The translations under genes were made by a program, and so were the position numbers. Under the pieces are notes generated by a model. The model searched no databases and was not told the DNA's origin. It saw only the letters and a program-made list of their open reading frames with translations. From Actinomycetota bacterium (lineage in GTDB: Bacteria > Actinomycetota > Aquicultoria > JACQXZ01): a stretch of 54,874 nt of DNA. This document shows, in pieces, positions 48,658 through 54,874 of the stretch (within the stretch, counting starts at the first letter, position 1; every line of letters starts with the position of its first letter). Location: the NCBI GenBank assembly GCA_016208465.1, contig JACQXZ010000012.1, forward strand, positions 3,141 to 58,014, given 5' to 3'.

Positions 48658-49160
48658 AAATTTGGTTCTTTCTCAAATCGAGTGGGTAATGCGTTAAATC
48701 CTCCCCTTAACAAGGGGAGGAAAGGAGGGGTTTACGATAAAGGTATTTAATAAAACAGAGCAAAAAATAAAGAGAAAGACATTGAGGAATAATATGCCTC
48801 TGGCAGAGGTCATCTTATGGAGCAGATTAAAAAGCAGACAACTTGGAGGCTATAAATTCAGGAGACAATATAGCGTTGAATATTTTGTGATAGATTTTTA
48901 TTGTCCTGAGTTAAAATTAGCCATAGAAGTTGATGGGGATTCCCACTATACAGAAAAAGCAGGTTCATCAGATAAGGATAGACAAATTAAGATTGAAAGT
49001 TTTGGCATTAAGATTTTGAGATTTAATAATAAGGAGATATATAAAAATTTAGATGGGGTATTATTAAAAATATTGGAACAGATTAAACAAATAACCACCC
49101 CTGCCCCTCCTTGCTAAGGAGGGGATTTACCCGCTCGGAATGAGAAAGAACCATAAATTT
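48658..49160. mobile_element. Inverted-repeat-bounded DUF559 cassette
   Basis: Outer IR 48658-48689 / 49127-49160; inner GC hairpins at 48700-48720 and 49104-49124; all nested in a GTCACAA heptamer pair. Confidence 0.7.
48734..49117 (+). CDS. DUF559 (Vsr-like PD-(D/E)xK) endonuclease
   Basis: KFRRQ, IDFYC, IEVDGDSH, LRFNN; frame extends upstream to an ACG at 48734 after GGAGGGG (start possibly mutated). Confidence 0.85.
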   Translation, partial: TIKVFNKTEQKIKRKTLRNNMPLAEVILWSRLKSRQLGGYKFRRQYSVEYFVIDFYCPELKLAIEVDGDSHYTEKAGSSDKDRQIKIESFGIKILRFNNKEIYKNLDGVLLKILEQIKQITTPAPPC

Positions 49161-49251
49161 TAACTTACAACCTGTGACTTTTATGTGAGTCAATTTGACA
49201 ATAAAGTTTCTTTTATAAAGAATAAATATTTTTAAAGTAAAGGGATATGTA

Positions 49252-51225
49252 ATGCGAATAGGATTTTTTATCTGTCATTGTGGAAGTAATATCGCAGGCA
49301 CTGTTGATGTTGTCCAAGTGGCTGAATACGTATCGAAATTACCTAATGTTGTTCATTCGGTTCATTTAATGTATACCTGCTCTCAGCCCGGGCAAAAAGA
49401 AATTGTTGATGCGATAAAAGAAAAAAGATTAACCCGTATTGTAATCGCGGCTTGTTCTCCTAAGATGCATGAAGTAACTTTCAGGAGGGCAATCGAGCGG
49501 ACCGGTCTTAATCCCTATCTCTTTGAAATGGCAAATATACGCGAGCATTGTTCATGGATTCATGATGACAGAGAACTGGCAACCCAAAAAGCAATTGAAC
49601 TGGTTGAGATGACTATAGCTAAAGTTGCCAGACACGAATCTCTTTTTAGCAATAAGGTAGATGTAAATAAAAAAGTTTTAATTATCGGAGGAGGAATAGC
49701 AGGAATTCAGGCGGCTCTTGATATGGCTGACGGAGGATTTGAGGTAGTATTGGTTGAGCGGGAGCCAACAATTGGCGGTAAAATGGCTCAGCTTGATAAC
49801 ACTTTTCCGACAATTGACTGTTCTTCCTGTATTTTAACTCCAAAAATGGTAGATGCCGGTCAGCATGAAAAAATTAAATTAATTACCTACGCTGAAATTG
49901 AAAGTGTGTCAGGATACGTCGGAAACTTCGAAGTAAAAGTTCATAAAAAACCGCCTTATGTTAATTATGAAAAATGTATTGGATGCGGGATTTGTGAACG
50001 TAAATGTCCGGCTAAGGCGCCCAATAGATTTAATCTTGGGATAGGCGAAGGAAAAGCAATTTACATTCCATTCCCTCAAGCAGTTCCAAAAGTTGCGACA
50101 ATTACAAAAGAACATTGCATTTATTTTAAATCTTTAGCGGAAGGCAAACTAAACAGATGCAAGATATGCCAGAAAGTTTGTCATGTAAGCGCAGTTGATT
50201 TTGAGATTAAAGATGAATATATAAACGAGAAAGTTGGGGCGATTATTACAGCAGTTGGATTTGATCTTTTCAACCATTCAGTTTATCAGGAATATGGAGG
50301 CGGGCGTTACCCGGATGTAATCAGCTCACTTCAGTATGAACGGCTTCTTTCTGCATCGGGTCCAACAGAGGGAAAAATTAAAAGGCCATCGGACGGAAAG
50401 GAACCTGAAACAGTAGTTTTTATTAGTTGTGTTGGTTCGCGGGATGATTCTGTTGGGCGTCCCTATTGCTCAGGTATTTGTTGTATGTATATGGCAAAAC
50501 AGGCAATTTTAACTAAGGATCATCTTCCTGAGTCAAAAACATTTATTTTTTATATAGATATAAGAGCGGGTAGTAAAGCTTATGAAGAATTTGTTAAACG
50601 GGCGCAGGTTGAAGCAGGCGCTCAATATATTCGGGGAAGAGTGGCAAAGATATATCCTGAAAATGGCGGATTAATAGTTCGGGGAGTGGATACTTTATTA
50701 GGCCAACAGGTTGAAGTGATGGCTGATTTGGTTGTTCTTGCAAATGGTGTTATCTCGTCCAGAGGTTCAAACGAACTTGCTCAGAAACTTCGAATTCCTT
50801 ATGACCAGTATGGATTTTTAAGCGAAGGACATCCAAAGTTAAAACCGGTTGAGACAAACACAGCAGGAATTTTTTTAGCAGGCGCTTGTCAGGGACCCAA
50901 GGATATTCCTTCTTCGGTTGCGCAGGGATCGGCTACAGCAGGAAAAGTTCAGGGATTGCTTTCTAAAGATCAGCTCGAAACCAGTCCATTGGTTGCTTTA
51001 GTTGAATGCAGCCGCTGTATTGGTTGTTTTAAGTGTTTAAAAGTATGTCCTTATAATGCTATAGAAAGAATAACTTTAAAAGATGGTTCTTTAGTGGCGA
51101 GCGTTATTCCAACGGTTTGTCAGGGATGTGGTCTTTGTGTGGCAACCTGTCCATCAGCATCAATAACACTTAAAGGGTTTACCGACGATCAGTTAATCGC
51201 TGAAGTGGAAGCGTTGTGTCGGTGA
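49252..51225 (+). CDS. hdrA: Heterodisulfide reductase subunit A
   Basis: CHCGSNI, AACSP, GGGIAG, FPTIDCSSC, ferredoxin motifs. Confidence 0.96.
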   Translation: MRIGFFICHCGSNIAGTVDVVQVAEYVSKLPNVVHSVHLMYTCSQPGQKEIVDAIKEKRLTRIVIAACSPKMHEVTFRRAIERTGLNPYLFEMANIREHCSWIHDDRELATQKAIELVEMTIAKVARHESLFSNKVDVNKKVLIIGGGIAGIQAALDMADGGFEVVLVEREPTIGGKMAQLDNTFPTIDCSSCILTPKMVDAGQHEKIKLITYAEIESVSGYVGNFEVKVHKKPPYVNYEKCIGCGICERKCPAKAPNRFNLGIGEGKAIYIPFPQAVPKVATITKEHCIYFKSLAEGKLNRCKICQKVCHVSAVDFEIKDEYINEKVGAIITAVGFDLFNHSVYQEYGGGRYPDVISSLQYERLLSASGPTEGKIKRPSDGKEPETVVFISCVGSRDDSVGRPYCSGICCMYMAKQAILTKDHLPESKTFIFYIDIRAGSKAYEEFVKRAQVEAGAQYIRGRVAKIYPENGGLIVRGVDTLLGQQVEVMADLVVLANGVISSRGSNELAQKLRIPYDQYGFLSEGHPKLKPVETNTAGIFLAGACQGPKDIPSSVAQGSATAGKVQGLLSKDQLETSPLVALVECSRCIGCFKCLKVCPYNAIERITLKDGSLVASVIPTVCQGCGLCVATCPSASITLKGFTDDQLIAEVEALCR

Positions 51226-51316
51226 TAGGTAAGAGGCTAGAGGCAATAGGCAAGAATTTTAACCCATGGCCCCTAGCTCGTATTAAAGTTATGAAAGGAA
51301 AAGTTTTAATATAAAA

Positions 51317-51757
51317 ATGTCAGATATTCAGAAAGATATTCAAAACAATGATTCCAATATTAAAATTATTGCTTTTTTGTGCAACTGGTGTTCTTACGGT
51401 GGCGCTGATACGGCCGGAACAAGTCGTCTCAAACAGCCGTCTGAAGTAAGAATCATCAGGATTCCGTGCACCGGCAGAGTGAACCCGCTTTTTCCTATGA
51501 AGGCATTTATCGATGGCGCTGACGGTGTTCTTATTTCTGGTTGTCACCCCAACGATTGTCATTATATTGAAGGAAATTTTTACGCGCGGAGAAGACTAGA
51601 AGTATTAAAATATTTTATCGACTTTATGGGAATAGAAAAGGAACGTTTCGATTATCAATGGGTTTCAGCTTCAGAGGGCCAAAGATGGCAGCAGTTAATT
51701 ATAGATTTTGTTGAACGGATTAAAAAACTGGGACCGATTGGGAAGTGTGAGACGTAG
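51317..51757 (+). CDS. mvhD: MvhD/FlxD [2Fe-2S] subunit
   Basis: FLCNWCSY, PCTGR, GCHPNDCHY, WVSASEG. Confidence 0.93.
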   Translation: MSDIQKDIQNNDSNIKIIAFLCNWCSYGGADTAGTSRLKQPSEVRIIRIPCTGRVNPLFPMKAFIDGADGVLISGCHPNDCHYIEGNFYARRRLEVLKYFIDFMGIEKERFDYQWVSASEGQRWQQLIIDFVERIKKLGPIGKCET

Positions 51758-51778
51758 CGTTGGGGCTTGTCCCCAACG
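51754..51778 (+). repeat. GTAG-family REP
   Basis: GTAG followed by perfect CGTTGGGG-CTTGT-CCCCAACG. Confidence 0.7.
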
Positions 51779-51822
51779 AAGGAAGTTAGGAAGATGAGAA
51801 GGTAGGAAGATAGGAGAACAAG

Positions 51823-52791
51823 ATGGATCGCCTTGATATATTAAAAGAAAAAGTAAAAGAGATTCTGCCAGAAGTTGATTTTGTAATTGGTTATAGTAAA
51901 GGTTTTGATATTCTGCATCCGTCTCCTTATTTTGTCAGTGAAGAAAGGCAAATTAGAAATTTAATCTGGGATGAATTTTGCATAAATAATTTCGCGAATT
52001 ATCTGCCTCCCCCAAAAAGAGTTCCTAATGGCTTGTTTAAACAGGATGAAAAAATTGGTCTGGTGGTGAAAGGCTGTGATTCCCGTTCAATTATTCAGCT
52101 TTTGCAGGAGGAAATAATTTTCCGTGATACTTTTATAATTCTTGGAATGCCCTGTGAGATGAAAATAGATTTAAAAAAGTTAAGAGAAAAGATTGATATA
52201 GATTATATTCAGTCATTTAATGTTTCAGGCGATAAAGCTGAGGTTAAAACTTTACTTGAAAAGAAAACAATTAATCTGGATGAAATTCTTTATGATAAAT
52301 GCCTTTATTGTAAATATCCCAATCCTTTGATTTATGATTATTTAATCGGGGATAAAGTCAACCCTCGGTCACGTGAAGGGTTTTACAAAGATGTTGACGA
52401 GTTTGAAATGATCTCAAATGAAGAAAAGATTAGTTGCTGGGAAAAAGAGTTTGACAGATGCATCAGGTGCTATGCCTGTCGGGAAGCTTGTCCCAATTGT
52501 TATTGTCAATATCAGTGTATTGCTCAGACAAGAAGACCTCATTGGATAAGTCAAAGCACTGAGACAATTGATAAAAAATTTTTTCAGATGTTTCGGGCTT
52601 TTCATAATGCGGGACGCTGTACTGATTGCGGAGAGTGCGACAGAGTTTGTCCGGTTGGAATACCAATCAGTAAGATTATGAAAAAATTAACCAAAGAAGT
52701 TTTAAGATTGTTTAATTATGAGGCAGGAGTGGATGAAAAATTAATTCCTCCTCTTATGACGTATAAAAGAGAAGAAGATAATATTGGGTAG
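51823..52791 (+). CDS. flxC: FlxC-like 4Fe-4S dicluster protein
   Basis: KGCDSRS, CIRCYACREACP, HNAGRCTDCGECDRVCP; position in operon. Confidence 0.8.
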   Translation: MDRLDILKEKVKEILPEVDFVIGYSKGFDILHPSPYFVSEERQIRNLIWDEFCINNFANYLPPPKRVPNGLFKQDEKIGLVVKGCDSRSIIQLLQEEIIFRDTFIILGMPCEMKIDLKKLREKIDIDYIQSFNVSGDKAEVKTLLEKKTINLDEILYDKCLYCKYPNPLIYDYLIGDKVNPRSREGFYKDVDEFEMISNEEKISCWEKEFDRCIRCYACREACPNCYCQYQCIAQTRRPHWISQSTETIDKKFFQMFRAFHNAGRCTDCGECDRVCPVGIPISKIMKKLTKEVLRLFNYEAGVDEKLIPPLMTYKREEDNIG

Positions 52792-52817
52792 GCACCTGAA
52801 TTTATTGCGAGGATAAA

Positions 52818-53852
52818 ATGATCAAAAAGATTCCATTAAATAAAGTTAAAAATTTATTAGATGATTTAAGCGGAGATTATAAGGTTTTTGCGCCGGTTAA
52901 AAACGGCAGAAGCATTATCTTCGATGAATATAGAAGCGATAAAGAAGTAAACCTTGAAAAATTTTCTGTTACTTCAATTAAAGAAGCGCTTTTCCCGTCT
53001 CACGAAGCAATGATAAAATATGATTACAAGAAGGATCCGTCTGATTTAAGTAAAACATCTTTGTCTCTTAAGTCTGAAGTTAATTTTGATAAAACGGTTA
53101 TTTTTGGAGTTCATCCCTGTGATGCGCGTGGATTTTTTACCTTTGACAAAGTTTATGCCGGCAATGGTTACAGGGATGTTTATTACAAAACCAAAAGAGA
53201 TGCCACAGCAATTGTTGCCATTACCTGCGCTAATCCACTGGCAACATGTTTTTGTACCACTGTTGGCGGCTCTCCGGCCGATTCAGAAGGAACAGATGTT
53301 TTGCTTACTAAAGTTGATGAATTTTATTATGCTGAAAGTTATTCGGAAAAAGGAGAACTACTGCTTAAGAATTCAAATTTCTCATCCCCCCAAGGAGGGG
53401 TCGATAACGAGCAGGTTCTAAAAATAAAAGAAGAAGCTGTTCAAAAGTTAGATAAAAATTTTTCCACTGAAGGCATTGAGAATAAACTGCTAAAAATATT
53501 TTCTGATTCCGACTACTGGAAAAACGCGACAAGTAAATGCTTAAGCTGTGGAATTTGCACTTATGTTTGTCCAACTTGTTATTGTTTTAATATTACCGAC
53601 GAAGGCGTTATGGGCCGCGGGGAAAGAATTAGAAGCTGGGATTCCTGTATGTTTCCTCTTTTTACTCTTGAGGCGAGCGGACATAATCCACGCGCCCGGA
53701 AATTTGAGCGTTATCGGAATCGAATCAACCATAAATTTAGTTATCTGGTAATTCGCAATAATATAATCGGATGTGTTGGCTGTGGACGTTGCATCAGGCA
53801 TTGTCCTGTTTCGCTGGATATTAGAGAGGTTGTTAAAGGAGTGATTGATTAA
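52818..53852 (+). CDS. flxB: FlxB (AsrA-like) 4Fe-4S protein
   Basis: GVHPCD, CFC, CLSCGICTYVCPTCYCF, CVGCGRCIRHCP. Confidence 0.82.
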   Translation: MIKKIPLNKVKNLLDDLSGDYKVFAPVKNGRSIIFDEYRSDKEVNLEKFSVTSIKEALFPSHEAMIKYDYKKDPSDLSKTSLSLKSEVNFDKTVIFGVHPCDARGFFTFDKVYAGNGYRDVYYKTKRDATAIVAITCANPLATCFCTTVGGSPADSEGTDVLLTKVDEFYYAESYSEKGELLLKNSNFSSPQGGVDNEQVLKIKEEAVQKLDKNFSTEGIENKLLKIFSDSDYWKNATSKCLSCGICTYVCPTCYCFNITDEGVMGRGERIRSWDSCMFPLFTLEASGHNPRARKFERYRNRINHKFSYLVIRNNIIGCVGCGRCIRHCPVSLDIREVVKGVID

Positions 53853-54719
53853 ATGTCTGAATTTACAACGATTGTTACTTCAGACAAGGATGCGACCAAT
53901 CCTTATCTGCCTGAAATAGGAATAATTAAAAAAGTTGTCAAAGAAACAGCGGGCATAAAATCTTTTCAGGTTGTTTTAAAAGATGAAGAAAAGATGAAGA
54001 GGTTTAAATTTAAACCGGGACAAGTCGCTCAGCTTTCAGTTTTTGGGGCGGGAGAATCAACTTTTGCAATTAGTTCTTCTCCAACGCGTCCTGAATATTT
54101 TCAGTTTAGCGTAATGATGACAGGTGAAAATACGTCTGCTTTGCATGAACTGTTAGAAGGTGACGAAATTGGTGTCAGGGCTCCGCTTGGAAACTGGTTT
54201 GATTATGAAATGATGAAAGGAAAAAACATTGTTTTTGTTGGCGGAGGGATTGGAGTGGCGCCTCTTAGATCCTTGATTTTATTTATGCTGGATAACCGTT
54301 CGGATTATGGAGATTTAAAAGTTATTTATGGCGCCCGGACCCCAAATGATCTTTGTTTTTCTCTTGATTTAAAAGACTGGCAGCGAAGAGAAGATATAGA
54401 TTTGATTCTAACAGTTGATACAGACTTTCCGGGATGGGAAGGAAAAGTTGGTTTTGTTCCTGTGGTTTTAGGTGAAGAAGACCCTTCGCCCAAGAATACA
54501 ATTGCAATCACCTGCGGTCCTCCAATAATGATAAAGTTTGTTTTGCACGAGCTGGAAAGGATTGGTTTTGGAGATAAACAGGTAATTACTACTCTTGAAC
54601 GCAGAATGAAATGCGGCATTGGAATTTGCGGACGCTGCAATATTGGTTACAAATATATTTGTGTAGATGGACCTGTTTTTACTATGGAAGAACTCAAGGA
54701 ACTGCCGAATGAGATGTGA
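53853..54719 (+). CDS. flxA: FlxA (AsrB/PyrK-like) FAD/NAD-binding [2Fe-2S] subunit
   Basis: GGGIGVAP, CGPP, MKCGIGICGRC, CVDGPVF. Confidence 0.85.
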   Translation: MSEFTTIVTSDKDATNPYLPEIGIIKKVVKETAGIKSFQVVLKDEEKMKRFKFKPGQVAQLSVFGAGESTFAISSSPTRPEYFQFSVMMTGENTSALHELLEGDEIGVRAPLGNWFDYEMMKGKNIVFVGGGIGVAPLRSLILFMLDNRSDYGDLKVIYGARTPNDLCFSLDLKDWQRREDIDLILTVDTDFPGWEGKVGFVPVVLGEEDPSPKNTIAITCGPPIMIKFVLHELERIGFGDKQVITTLERRMKCGIGICGRCNIGYKYICVDGPVFTMEELKELPNEM

Positions 54720-54744
54720 CGGGAAGACGTGAGATGTAAGACGT

Positions 54745-54874
54745 GTGCGCCGAGTAAGCTTATTAACTCTTATCAGTGCAAGTCTGGTCTGGGCAAAGGT
54801 TAGCCACCAGCCCAGCATTGAATCTCACGCATAGGGAGGTAACGAACTATGTGAAGCTGAGAGGAGAGAGGTAT
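54745..54874 (+). mobile_element. 5' end (domain I) of a group II intron, truncated by the window edge
   Basis: GTGCG start, then GTGCAAGTC and GGAGGTAACGAA...TGAAGC domain-I-like hairpins. Confidence 0.62.

Noticed and set aside
49252-51757. Selenocysteine in HdrA or MvhD
   Set aside because: The usual positions are Cys codons and both ORFs are uninterrupted
53383-53401. Possible fourth in-frame GC palindrome in flxB
   Set aside because: Stem is short and imperfect and lacks the second G-run arm
1120-54818. Numerous short antisense or out-of-frame ORFs in the track
   Set aside because: They overlap well-supported genes and show no recognisable motifs

Overview
AT-rich bacterial chromosome segment, possibly from a deep-branching low-GC Actinomycetota (inferred from tig-clpP-clpX-lon and valS-folC-zinc-ribbon-ndk synteny). 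Left half (all minus strand): a ~17 kb co-oriented metal/thiol-handling cluster headed by a BlaI-family repressor and an M56 peptidase, with three TACTAC-N5-GTMGTA operators. It encodes an FtrD/DUF2318-like Fe-S protein, a MacB/FtsX-type ABC system with a CxxC permease, Cys/His-rich small proteins, Lgt, TPR proteins, an FAD oxidoreductase, a CPH-type Cu ATPase, CcdA and a ZIP transporter. Next come a decayed integron (intI 3' relic, attI-like core, one VapBC cassette, 57-bp attC), a CPBP protease, copA with a CsoR-type operator, a second VapBC pair, and a type I RM locus with an in-frame HsdS-HsdR fusion. An IS1634 sits exactly at the strand switch. Right half (plus strand): ferritin-like gene, four tRNAs, tig, clpP, clpX, lon, valS, folC, ndk, hdrCBA-flxDCBA and the 5' end of a group II intron. 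Most intergenic gaps on the right carry inverted pairs of 7-bp tandem repeats, often nested; two still enclose cargo (a decayed four-helix-bundle gene and a DUF559 nuclease cassette). The GC-rich palindrome flanking DUF559 also occurs in frame inside three proteins. No CRISPR array or rRNA was seen.
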